Of a stretch of 64,000 bases of DNA, positions 1-9,700 are shown one piece after another; within the stretch, counting starts at the first letter, position 1; every line of letters begins with the position of its first letter. Source of the stretch: an uncultured Gemmatimonadales bacterium (GTDB taxonomy: Bacteria > Gemmatimonadota > Gemmatimonadetes > Gemmatimonadales > Gemmatimonadaceae); NCBI GenBank assembly GCA_963701965.1, contig OY969695.1, positions 2,272,001 to 2,336,000 on the forward strand. Reading direction: 5' to 3'. Below the pieces are notes generated by a model that did no database searches, was not told the DNA's origin, and saw only the letters and a program-made list of their open reading frames with translations. Position numbers and translations under genes: made by a program.

Positions 1-349
1 CCTGGGCCTGGGCCAGCTGCTTGGTCATGCGCGCATCCCGCAGGCTGTCGGCGGAGTGTTGCGCCACCGCGCGTGCGTTGCTCGCCTCGGCGGTCTGCGC
101 GGCGCGCAACGCCACTGTGCTGATGCCGTCCACGTACTGCTGGTTCTGCGCCTGCGTGAACGCCGTCTGCGCGGTGTCGATCGCGCCCTTGGCGCGAATC
201 ATGTCGCCCTCGGCGCGCCGGTCGGCGCCCTGGGTCTGCAGGGTTTGATAAAGCGCCTGCGCCTGCGTCAGCGCCGCCGGCTTCTGCACGGATGCGCCGC
301 ACGCGGCGACGCTGGCGACGGCCGCCAGTATCACGAGACGCCGGATCAT
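1..349 (-). CDS. Lipoprotein with DUF4398-like helical N-terminus (possibly OmpA-family); truncated by window edge
   Basis: Manual translation from ATG at 349: MIRRLVILAAVASVAAC-GASVQKPAALTQAQALYQ...; lipobox VAAC; ATGA overlap with the stop of the upstream gene; not in the ORF track because no stop falls in the window. Confidence 0.7.
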   Translation of the reverse strand, partial: MIRRLVILAAVASVAACGASVQKPAALTQAQALYQTLQTQGADRRAEGDMIRAKGAIDTAQTAFTQAQNQQYVDGISTVALRAAQTAEASNARAVAQHSADSLRDARMTKQLAQAQ

Positions 350-717
350 GGCTTGCTCCCCGAGCTGGCCGTGAGCTTCGCGAGCTGCGCCTGCTCGGCG
401 TCCCGCGCGTGCTCGGTGGCGACGCGCTGCGCATCGGCCTGCGCGAACGCCGCATCGGCCGCGGCCAGTCGCGCGGCGAGCGCCGCGCGATCGAGCTTCT
501 TGGCCTTGGTCAGCGAGTCGGCCTCGACCAGGCGGGCGCGCGCCGAACGGATGGCGTCGGACGACAAACTGTCCGCGCCAGCCTGAGCCGCGGCGCTGAT
601 CAAATCCTTGGCGCGGCTGATGTTGGAAGTGGCATCGCCGACGGTCGGCGGGAACGACCCGCCGCCAGAGGCGCAGGCCGAAAGAACCAGGAGTCCAGTC
701 AGTCGAAAGAGGCGCAT
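346..717 (-). CDS. DUF4398-like alanine-rich lipoprotein
   Basis: MRLFRLTGLLVLSAC lipobox; Ala-rich helical body; start moved to ATG 717 within track ORF 346..834. Confidence 0.7.
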   Translation of the reverse strand: MRLFRLTGLLVLSACASGGGSFPPTVGDATSNISRAKDLISAAAQAGADSLSSDAIRSARARLVEADSLTKAKKLDRAALAARLAAADAAFAQADAQRVATEHARDAEQAQLAKLTASSGSKP

Positions 718-723
718 TGCATA

Positions 724-739
724 TACGGGGTTTGTTCGG
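724..739 (+). promoter_or_regulatory. Candidate SOS-type operator, direct repeat TACGG-N6-TTCGG
   Basis: 11-bp-period repeat just upstream of the radical SAM-imuA-imuB operon; same architecture at 6764-6779 before dnaE2. Confidence 0.4.
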
Positions 740-751
740 TATATACCAAGA

Positions 752-1795
752 GTGACGCAGCAAACCGTGCTCTTCGATGATACCGCCGAAGAGGCCACTC
801 GAACACCCTCGAACTTGGGGTCGCAGGCGGACATTGCCTACTACGGCGCCCGGGCGCAATCGGTGTTGAACACGCCCGAAGCGACCGGCATGGGCTACTG
901 GTCCGTCAACCCGTATGTCGGCTGCGCCTTTGGGTGCGCGTACTGCTACGCGCGGTTCACGCACCGGTATGCCATGGAGCGGGCGCCGGTGGCGGGGGTG
1001 GAGGCGTTGCCGCCGTGGCTCGCGTTCGAGCGGCGGATCATCGTCAAGCCAAACGCGGCCGAGCGGTTGCGCGAGACCCTGCGACATGGGAGTGCGCGGC
1101 ACACGGGGCTGATCGCGGGCGAGGCGCTCGTCATTGGGACGGCGACCGACCCATATCAGCCCGCTGAGCGGCGGTTTCGGGTGACGCGGGGCATCCTCGA
1201 GGTCCTCGCCGATCATGCCGGGATGCGCATCGTCATTTACACCAAGAGTCCATTGGTGACGCGCGACGCGGATGTCCTGATGCGCGTCGCCCGGCGGTCG
1301 CGTGTCACCGTGTTCATCTCGCTCATCACGGGCGATGGCGATCTGGCGCGGCGGTTGGAGCCCCGCGCGCCGACGCCGCATGCGCGGTTGCGCGCCGCCG
1401 AGCGGTTGGTGCGCGCGGGGATCGATGTCGGAATCAACATTGCGCCCGTGTTGCCGGGCATCACTGATGATCCGGCGGCGTTGGATGCGCTGGTGGCGCG
1501 ACTGGCCGCCGCGGGTGTCACACGAGTCTTTGCCGATACGTTGCGCCTGCGGTCGGATGCGCGCCAGCGATATCTCCCCGTCATCGAGGCCGAGTTTCCG
1601 CAGTTGGCGGCGCGATATCGGGCGGCGTACGCGGACGGGTATCGCGTCGGCGAGCGGTATCGCGCCGGCATGCGCCGGGCGCTGGGTCGCATCTGCGCCG
1701 CGCACGGCGTGCAGTTCCGGTCTGGCGATGGCGGCGCCGCCGGGCGCGAAGCGTTGCCAAAATCCGGTCCGGGACAGCTCGAACTCGCGGTCTGA
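752..1795 (+). CDS. Radical SAM protein, SPL-like/Rv2578c-type DNA-repair-associated family
   Basis: NPYVGCAFGCAYCYA (CxxxCxxC), TDPYQPAE, TKSPLVTRD, LEPRAP motifs; GTG 752 chosen as start; C-terminal QLELAV. Confidence 0.85.
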   Translation: MTQQTVLFDDTAEEATRTPSNLGSQADIAYYGARAQSVLNTPEATGMGYWSVNPYVGCAFGCAYCYARFTHRYAMERAPVAGVEALPPWLAFERRIIVKPNAAERLRETLRHGSARHTGLIAGEALVIGTATDPYQPAERRFRVTRGILEVLADHAGMRIVIYTKSPLVTRDADVLMRVARRSRVTVFISLITGDGDLARRLEPRAPTPHARLRAAERLVRAGIDVGINIAPVLPGITDDPAALDALVARLAAAGVTRVFADTLRLRSDARQRYLPVIEAEFPQLAARYRAAYADGYRVGERYRAGMRRALGRICAAHGVQFRSGDGGAAGREALPKSGPGQLELAV

Positions 1796-1830
1796 CCCCG
1801 GTGTCATGATACGGGGTCATGACACGTGTC
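1793..1830. repeat. Nested inverted-repeat (REP-like) element between radical SAM and imuA
   Basis: TGACCCCG...CGGGGTCA arms and an overlapping GTGTCATGA...TCATGACAC pair. Confidence 0.55.
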
Positions 1831-2536
1831 GGGATCGTCGTCGCTACTCGCGCTCAAACAACGGCTTGCCGAAGTCATTCGCGCGCCGGTTCCCGGGTCG
1901 GCCGGCTTGGCGACCGGACTCGACGCGCTCGATCGGGCATTGGCCGGCGGCGGCCTGCCGCGCGGACGGCTGACCGAAATCACGGGACCGCGGGGCAGTG
2001 GCAAGACGACGCTGGTCCGGCGCATCGTCGCCGTGAACGCGGCGCGGGCCACGGGCGACATCGCGGTCGCCTACATCGATGCCGCCCGCACGCTCGTGCC
2101 GCGCGAATGGGCGCATCTGGCCTTGTGGGTGATCCGTCCCGCCGATCCCGGCCGCGGCGCCTGGAGCGCGGACGTGTTGCTGCGGAGCGGCGCCTTTGGG
2201 CTCGTCGTGCTCGACGGCGCGCCGCCGCTCAGCCGGGCGGTGACGGCGCGCCTGACGCAGTTGGCCCGCGACAGCGATGCGGTCCTGCTGGCGCTGGGCG
2301 ACGACGACAGCGGACGGCGGACCAGTGTGCTGGGCGCGACGGTCCGGCTCCGCGTCAGCGGATGGCGGGTCGTGATCGAAAAGGGCGGAAGTCACCACGC
2401 AATGGAGGTGCCGCGTGACATCGGATTGGCGCGTCGCTTGTCTACGCATCCCGAGGTTCCCGATCGGCGCGGTGTGGCGCGCGCCAGGGGCCGCGGACGA
2501 TCTCCGCGATGCGGCGAGCCCCCAGCATTGGGATGA
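1826..2536 (+). CDS. imuA: ImuA/RecA-like mutasome protein
   Basis: TGLDALDRALAGGGLPRGRLTEITGPRGSGKT (RecA-like with Walker A), LLRSGAFGLVVLD; lies before imuB. Confidence 0.8.
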   Translation: MSGSSSLLALKQRLAEVIRAPVPGSAGLATGLDALDRALAGGGLPRGRLTEITGPRGSGKTTLVRRIVAVNAARATGDIAVAYIDAARTLVPREWAHLALWVIRPADPGRGAWSADVLLRSGAFGLVVLDGAPPLSRAVTARLTQLARDSDAVLLALGDDDSGRRTSVLGATVRLRVSGWRVVIEKGGSHHAMEVPRDIGLARRLSTHPEVPDRRGVARARGRGRSPRCGEPPALG

Positions 2537-4188
2537 CCGTCTGCTGGCCCTCGCGCACGACAAGACCCTCAAGACCATTTCGTATGCCGCCGGCCGGCGG
2601 CGGGTGCGCGCCGGCATGACGGTGACCGAGGCCAAGGCCCATTGCGCCGATATCACCATCCTTCCGTGGGATGATGCCATCATCGATCGGGCGGTCACCG
2701 ATGTGACCGCGGCGCTGCTGGCGGCCAGCCCCCAGGTGACGCCGGCCGCCGGCGCGCCCGGCATGTGGTGGGCCGGCGCGAGTGGGCTCGATCGCGTCGG
2801 CGGCGAACCGGAGCTCGTGCGCACGTTGGTCCGCATCGCCAGTCAATGGCATCCCCACGCCCGCGTCGCGGTCGCCGACTCGTGCGTGGCGGCGCGGGCT
2901 GCGACGTGGGCTCTCGGCGACGCTTCGCGTCACGAGAGCCCAGATCGGTTGGACCGATCCCCGCTCCGCCGGGATCCCGGCGACGCTTCGCGTCGCGAGA
3001 GCCCAGATCGGTTGGACCGATCCCCGCTCCGCCGGGATCCCGGCGACGCTTCGCGTCGCGAGAGCCCAGATCGGTTGGGCCGATCCCCGCTCCGCCGGGA
3101 TCCCGGCGACGCTTCGCGTCGCGAGAGCCCAGATCGGTTGGGCCGATCCCCGCTCCGCCGGGATCCCGAGTGCGACCCGATCATCCCCTCCGGGTCGTGA
3201 CGCCGCGTATCTGGCATCGGCTCCCCTCACCCTCGCACCCATGGACGCCGAAGTGCGCGACGCGCTCTTCGCGCTGGGGATCCGGACACTCGGCGCGTTG
3301 GCGGCGTTTACCCCGGCCGACGTCGAGCGGCGCTGGGGCGACGCCGGACTCGCGGCCTGGCGGCTGGCGCGCGGCGACGACCGGCGGCGGCCGGTGCTGG
3401 CGCGCGTCGAGGCGGCGCGGGCCGTCTCGGCCGAGCTGTCCGGAGCAGTGTCGACCCTCGAGCCGGTCCTCTTTCTCGTGCGCGCGGCCCTCGACCGGCT
3501 CGTGGCGCAGCTCCAGGCCGACGGCCGCGCGGCGGCCACGATCGCCATCACCCTCCTGTTGGACGACCGGCGCACCGTCACGCGGGAGATCAGCATGGCG
3601 CGGCCGTTGGCCCGCGCGGCCCCGCTGCTCGAGCGATGCCGGACGCTGTTGGAGCGGTTCACGCTCTCGTCGCCCGTAGCCGGCGTGACCGTCGCGATCA
3701 CCGCGACCGCGCCGGCGTCCGGCGAGCAAGGCAATCTCTTCGACACCGCGTGGCGCGACGGCGGAGCGCTGGACGCCGCGCTCGACCGGTTGCGCACCGA
3801 GCTGGGCGCCGACGCCGTCGTGCGGCCGGTCGCCCGCGACCGGCACTGTCCGGAGCGGAGCGGCGCGTGGGTCGCGGACACGGACGCGGCCGCCGCCCTC
3901 GCGCCGGCGGCATCGACTGCCCCCGTCGCCACGGCGCCGCGCCGGTTTCTCGCCGCGCCCGAGTCCATCGATGTCGAATGCGCCGGCGACCGGCCGATCG
4001 CGTTTCGCTGGCGCGCCCGGCGCATTCCGATCGAGCACGCCATCGGCCCCGAGCGCCTCGCCGGCGACTGGTGGGATGACAGCTATTGCCGCGACTACTG
4101 GCGGTGCGAAAGCCCGGATACCGCGTTCGTCATTTATCGCGACTATCTGCGCGGCGCCCAGTGGTACGTGCAGGGCTGGCACGACTGA
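2415..4188 (+). CDS. imuB: ImuB, catalytically inactive Y-family polymerase homologue; one extra base near 3192 (probable sequencing error) and an internal 63-bp tandem repeat
   Basis: N-half in 2415..3200 (VRAGMTVTEAKAHC); C-half in frame 2782..4188 (LGIRTLGAL, QGNLF clamp motif, GPERLAGDWW...RDYW...WYVQGWHD); removing one G from CCGGG gives IIPSGRDAAYLA. Confidence 0.8.
2915..3168 (+). repeat. Tandem repeat, 4 x 63 bp, in frame inside imuB (21-aa unit GDASRRESPDRL[D/G]RSPLRRDP)
   Basis: Units start at 2915, 2978, 3041 and 3104; two variable positions; internal hairpins GCGACGC-TTC-GCGTCGC and GATCGGT-TGG-ACCGATC. Confidence 0.95.
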
Positions 4189-4198
4189 CCGGCGACGG

Positions 4199-6637
4199 CT
4201 ACTCCGGACGCATCGCGATCACCGGATCGATGGCCGCCGCGCTCCGCGCCGGCAGCCATGACGCGAGCGCCGCGACGCCCAGGAGCGCGATGCAGACCAA
4301 CTCGTATGTGGGCGGGTCGTCCGGGCGAATGCCGTAGAGCAGGGCGGCGAGTACCCGTCCCCCGAGGTAGGCGACGAGCAAGCCGAGCCCGAGGCCGATG
4401 GCGGCGAGTCGGAGCCCTTGCCCGACGACGAGACCCACAACCTGTCCCTCGCGCGCCCCCAACGCCATGCGGATCCCCAGCTCCCGCCGTCGCTCGCGGA
4501 CCGAGTAGGCGAGCACGCCATAGATGCCGATCACGGCGAGCAAGAGCGCCACCGTCGCGAACGCCCCCACCACTGCCGCGTAGAGGCGCGGCCGGGCGAC
4601 CGTCTCCCGCAATGCCTGCGTCATCGTCTGGGCGGAGAAGATCGGCACTTTCGGATCCACGGCCAACACGGCCCGGCGGGCCGCGGGGATCAGCGTGCCC
4701 GGATCCGCGGACGACCGCACGACGAACGTGAGATAGCCGATCGACTGTTGATCGAACGCCGCGTAGAGTCGTGGCCCCGATGGCGCCTTGAGGTCGGCAT
4801 CCTTGGTGTCGCCCACGACGCCGACGATTTCCCCGCCCATGGTGACTGTGTCCCGGTGCCCGGTCGAGTCGCCGGTCCAACCCACGCGGAGGCTCTTCCC
4901 GATCGGCGACTCGCCGGGGAACACTTCCTTCGCGAACGTCTCGTTGACTACCATGACCTGGTGGCCGCCCGGCCGATCGTCATCCGTGAACGTACGCCCC
5001 GCGCGGAGCGGAATGCCCAGGGCCGAGAAGTACCGGGGTGTCACGATCTGGATGTACGCCAGCTGCTTGTGGTCGACAGGATCGGGCGGGCGGCCGTCGA
5101 CGTCGACGGTGCTCATCGCATCGGCGAGTCCGAACGGGACGCCAAATCCCGCGCCGGCCGCGATGGTACCGGGAAGCGCGCCGAGACCCTGGTTGACCGC
5201 GTGCACGAAGCCCCGTTGACTGGCCCACGTGGTGTATTGGGCACGGGGGAGCGTGACGTCGAACCGCACGACGTTCTCCGGTCGGAACCCCGGGTCGACC
5301 GCGATCACTCGCAAGAAGCTGCGCGTGAGGAGTCCCGCGCTGATCAGGAGGAGGACGGCCAGCGCTGTCTCACCGGCGACGAGCGCACTCCGCAGGCGGC
5401 CGGCGCGCCGGTGTGCGCTCGCGCCGCGCGAATCGGACTTGAGCGACGCGAGGACGTCGGAGCTCGCGGCCTGCAGCGCGGGCGCCAGGCCGAAGAGCAG
5501 GCCCGTGAGCACGGCGATCGTCGCGGTGAACATCAGCACCCGCCCGCTCAGGGTCACCTCATCCAGCCGCGGCAGGTTGCCCGGGTGCGTGGCGATAAGC
5601 ACCTGGATACCGGCATACGCCAGCGCCACGCCAGCCGCCGCGCCGGCGCACGACAGGAGCAGGCTCTCGGTGAGCAGTTGCCGCGCGATCCGTCCTCGGC
5701 CGGCGCCGAGCGCGACGCGCACCCCGAGCTCCGCGGCCCGGCCCGAGGCCCGCACCAAGAGCAGGTTGGCGATATTCGCGCAGGCGATGAGCAGCACGCA
5801 TCCCACTGCGCCGAGGAGCACGTAGAGCGCGCCACGGGCGTCACCCACGATGCGATCCCGCAACGGCTGGAGCGTGTAGCGAAAGTCGGCGTCCTCCTCC
5901 AGGTGCTGCTGGCGCAGGCGTTCCGTCACCGTCACGAACTCTTTGCGGCCGCCCTCCAGCGTGACGTTCGGCGCCAGCCGGCCGATGACCTGCACGTAGT
6001 GAGAGGCGCGCATAGCGGGCGCGAGGACCGCGGGATTGAACACCTCGGGGACCCAGATATCCGGGTCCCGCGGAAATGTGAAGCTCCGCGGCGCGACGCC
6101 GATGATCGTGTAGGGTGCGCCATCGAGGTCGATCGTGCGACCGACAGCATGCGCGTCCGCGCCGAACCGCGAGCGCCACAGCGCGTCGCTCAGCACCGCG
6201 ACCTTGGGCGCGCCGACCGCGTCCTCTCCCGGCGCGAACACGCGGCCGTGGGCGGCGGACACGCCGAGGATCGTGAACCAGTTCGCGGTGACGGTGGCCG
6301 CGCTCAAGCGCACGGGATCCGTCTCGCCTGTCATGTTGTTGGTGCCCATCTCGTACACCGCCATCGCGTCCAGCCGGTGCACTTGATCGCGCCAGTCCGC
6401 GAAGTCCGGCGGTGACACGAAGGTCGAATGGGTGGGGCCATCCGCCGACGTGACCGCGACCAGGCGGTCAGGGGCGCCAAAGGCCAGCGGGTTGAGCAGC
6501 ACGCTGTCGACGACGCTGAAGATCAGTGTGTTGGCGCCGATCGCGACGGCGAGCGTCACGACGATGGCGAGAGCAAACCACGGGGCCATCCGGAGACTCC
6601 GGAAGGCGGTGCGCAGGTCGGCGAGCAGGGTGTCCAT
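4199..6637 (-). CDS. ABC transporter permease, duplicated MacB/FtsX (ADOP-type), no adjacent ATPase
   Basis: DLRTAFRSL...TLAVAIGANTLIFSVV, LLIACANIANLLL, RELGIRMALGA, PARSAAAIDPVIAMRPE. Confidence 0.92.
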   Translation of the reverse strand: MDTLLADLRTAFRSLRMAPWFALAIVVTLAVAIGANTLIFSVVDSVLLNPLAFGAPDRLVAVTSADGPTHSTFVSPPDFADWRDQVHRLDAMAVYEMGTNNMTGETDPVRLSAATVTANWFTILGVSAAHGRVFAPGEDAVGAPKVAVLSDALWRSRFGADAHAVGRTIDLDGAPYTIIGVAPRSFTFPRDPDIWVPEVFNPAVLAPAMRASHYVQVIGRLAPNVTLEGGRKEFVTVTERLRQQHLEEDADFRYTLQPLRDRIVGDARGALYVLLGAVGCVLLIACANIANLLLVRASGRAAELGVRVALGAGRGRIARQLLTESLLLSCAGAAAGVALAYAGIQVLIATHPGNLPRLDEVTLSGRVLMFTATIAVLTGLLFGLAPALQAASSDVLASLKSDSRGASAHRRAGRLRSALVAGETALAVLLLISAGLLTRSFLRVIAVDPGFRPENVVRFDVTLPRAQYTTWASQRGFVHAVNQGLGALPGTIAAGAGFGVPFGLADAMSTVDVDGRPPDPVDHKQLAYIQIVTPRYFSALGIPLRAGRTFTDDDRPGGHQVMVVNETFAKEVFPGESPIGKSLRVGWTGDSTGHRDTVTMGGEIVGVVGDTKDADLKAPSGPRLYAAFDQQSIGYLTFVVRSSADPGTLIPAARRAVLAVDPKVPIFSAQTMTQALRETVARPRLYAAVVGAFATVALLLAVIGIYGVLAYSVRERRRELGIRMALGAREGQVVGLVVGQGLRLAAIGLGLGLLVAYLGGRVLAALLYGIRPDDPPTYELVCIALLGVAALASWLPARSAAAIDPVIAMRPE

Positions 6638-6763
6638 GCGCCAAGTCTATGAAAGTGCCGTGCCCGCCACATCACAATCCTAACTATCTACAAAATAAGA
6701 GCTTATGTGCCGAAGGCACCAAGCGATTTGATCGAAGTCGGGATGAACAGTTCCAGATCTGGT

Positions 6764-6779
6764 TTCGGCTTATATTCGG
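6764..6779 (+). promoter_or_regulatory. Direct repeat TTCGG-N6-TTCGG overlapping a -10 box (TATATT 6771-6776) 6 nt before the dnaE2 ATG
   Basis: TTCGGCTTATATTCGG; leaderless geometry; matches the 724-739 motif. Confidence 0.5.
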
Positions 6780-6782
6780 GAT

Positions 6783-9700
6783 ATGTCGTACGTCGAGTTG
6801 CACTGCCACTCGGCCTTTTCGCTGCTCGATGGCGCATCGATTCCCGAAGCGTTGGTCGATCGCGCGGCCGCTCTCGGGATGCCGGCGCTGGCGCTCACCG
6901 ACCACGACGAGCTCGGAGGATTCGTCCGCTTTGCCCAGGCGGCGCGGACCGCCGGGATCGACGCCATCATCGGCAGCGAGATCACGGTCGCCGGATCGCA
7001 TCTGGTGCTGTTGGCCGAGTCCCGCCAGGGCTACGGCAACCTGTCGACGCTCATCACCCTCGGCCGGATGGGCGCTCAGCGCGGCGAGCCGTCGGTCGCG
7101 CTCGACCAAGTCGCGGCCCACGCCGCGGGACTCCTGGCGCTGACGGGTTGTCCCCGCGGGTGGGTGCCGTCGCGACTGGCGGCAGGCGACCCGCGCGGGG
7201 CCCGCGCGGCCGCGGGGACCTTGGTCGACATCTTCGGCCGCGACCACATCGCGATCGAGTGCTGGGATCACGGCCTGCCCGAGGAGCGCGAGCTCGTGCG
7301 CGGGCTCCTCGGTATCGCCAAGGCCGCCGGCGTGCCGTGGGTCGTCACCAACGACGTGCACTACGCCGAGCCCGGCGGCCGCATCGTGCAGGAATGTGTT
7401 GTCCTGCCTCCGACACCAGTCCACGCTCGACGCGATGGGGACGCGGCTCCGGCCGAACAGTGAGTGGTACCTCAAGAGCGACGCCGAGATGCGAAGCCGG
7501 TGGGAGGACCCCGCCGGGGTGCGGGCCACCGAGGCCATCGCCGAGCGTTGCCGGTTCCGGCTGGACGATCTCCACGCCACGCTCCCGCGGTTCGCGGTGC
7601 CGGACGACAAGACACCGGATGCCTACCTTGCCGAACTGGTCGAGCAAGGCGCGGTCGCGCGGTGGGGGGGGCGACGAACGGATAAGCAGCGGCGGCAGCT
7701 CGATCACGAGCTGGCCATGATCCGGCAGCTCGGCTACGCCGGGTTCTTTCTCATCGTCTGGGACATCATGCGGTTTGCCCGCGAAGAGGGCATCCTCGCC
7801 CAGGGCCGTGGCTCGGCGGCCAACTCGGCCGTCTGCTACTGCCTCGGCATCACGGCCGTCGATCCTATTCGCATGGGATTGCTCTTCGAGCGGTTTTTGA
7901 GCGAAGGACGGCGCGAGCCGCCGGACATCGATCTCGATTTCGCGCACCGCGAGCGCGAGCGGGTGATCCAGTACGTCTATGCCACGTACACGCGGGAGCA
8001 CGCGGCAATGGTCTGTGAGCAGATTACCTATCGCGGCCGCTCCGCGGTCCGCGATGCGGCGCGCGTGTTCGGGTTCTCGGTGGAGCAAGCCGGCGTCCTC
8101 GCCGATCTCAGCGATCGGTTTTCGGCGCGCGAGACCGCGGCGACGCTGCGCGGCGCTGACGCGCCGGCAGCGCGCCCCCGGCCGCTCAAGCGATCACCGC
8201 ACGAGATGCGGGCGGTCGCATCCAAGCCCAATGACGATCACGATCGCCATCACGATCATGAATACCACCACGAACCCGAGCACCGTCACGACCACGAAGA
8301 GCGGCGCAATCCGACGACGGCGATTCGGCCGCACGACCATGTGCTGACGCGCGCCGGGCTCGATCCGGCGGACCGGCGCGTCGCGCTCCTGGCCGACGTC
8401 GTCGACGGGCTGCATCAGCTGCCCCGGCATCGCTCGATCCACGTCGGCGGTTTCGTCCTGACCGACGAACCCTTGTCGACCGTCGTGCCGATCGAGCCGG
8501 CATCGATGCCGGACCGCACGGTGATCCAATGGGAACGCGACGATCTCGAAGGCGCGGGCCTGATCAAGATCGACCTGCTCGGCCTCGGGATGCTGACACT
8601 GCTGCAGGATTGCATCCTGTATATCGCCAGGATGCGGGGCACGACGATCGACCTGGCGCATCTCGACATGTTCGACGCGGACGTCTACGCCAGCATGAGC
8701 CGCGCCGACACCATTGGCGTCTTTCAGATCGAGAGCCGGGCGCAGATGAGCACCCTGCCGCGGCTCCAGCCGCGTTGCTTCTACGATCTCGTGGTCGAGG
8801 TGGCGATCATTCGCCCGGGTCCGATCCAGGGCGACATGGTGCACCCGTACTTGCGCCGGCGCGCGGGCCGTGAAACGATCGAGTACCCCCATCCCAAGCT
8901 CCGCCCGATCCTCGAGCGCACGCTCGGCGTGCCGCTCTTTCAGGAGCAGGGGATGCAGGTGGCCATCGCCTGCGCCGGGTTCACGCCCGGCGAGGCGGAC
9001 AACCTGCGCCGGGCGATGGGACACAAGCGTTCGCGCGAGAAGATGGCGGCGATCCAGGACGCGCTCGTGGGCGGCATGATCCGGAACGGCATCGCGCCGG
9101 ACCTGGCCGCGCGCATTTACAAACAGATCAACGGGTTCGCGGATTACGGATTCCCCGAGTCGCACGCCGCGAGCTTCGCGTTGCTCGTGTATGCGTCGGC
9201 GTATCTGCGCTTCTATTACGCGCCGGAGTTTCTGGCGGCCATTCTCAACGCGCAGCCCATGGGGTTTTACGCCCCGGGGACACTGGTCGAAGACGCCCGC
9301 CGTCACGGCGTCGAGGTGCGACCCGTCGATCTCACCTGCTCCGATTGGGACTGCACGCTCGAGTCTACGGCCTCCGCGCCCGCGACCCGTCTCGGCTTAC
9401 GCTGTGTCCGTGGCCTCGGCACCGCGGCGAAGAACGCGTTGGCCCGGGCGCGAAGCGCCGGGCCATTTCGATCGGTGGAGGATTTTGTCGATCGCGTGCG
9501 GCTTGATCGACGAGCGGTGCGACAGTTGGCGGAGGCTGGCGCGTTCGACACAATGGTCGGCGGGACGCGCCGCGACGCGCTGTGGCGCGTGCTGGAAGCA
9601 CAGCGCGGGACCGGCGGGCCGCTCGTCGTGCACCCGCCCACCCCCACCCCGGCGCACGTGCCGGCAATGGCGCCGTACGAACTGACCGCGGCCGACTATC

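Noticed and set aside
2915..3168. CRISPR array
   Set aside because: Units are contiguous and near-identical, with no unique spacers, leader or cas genes
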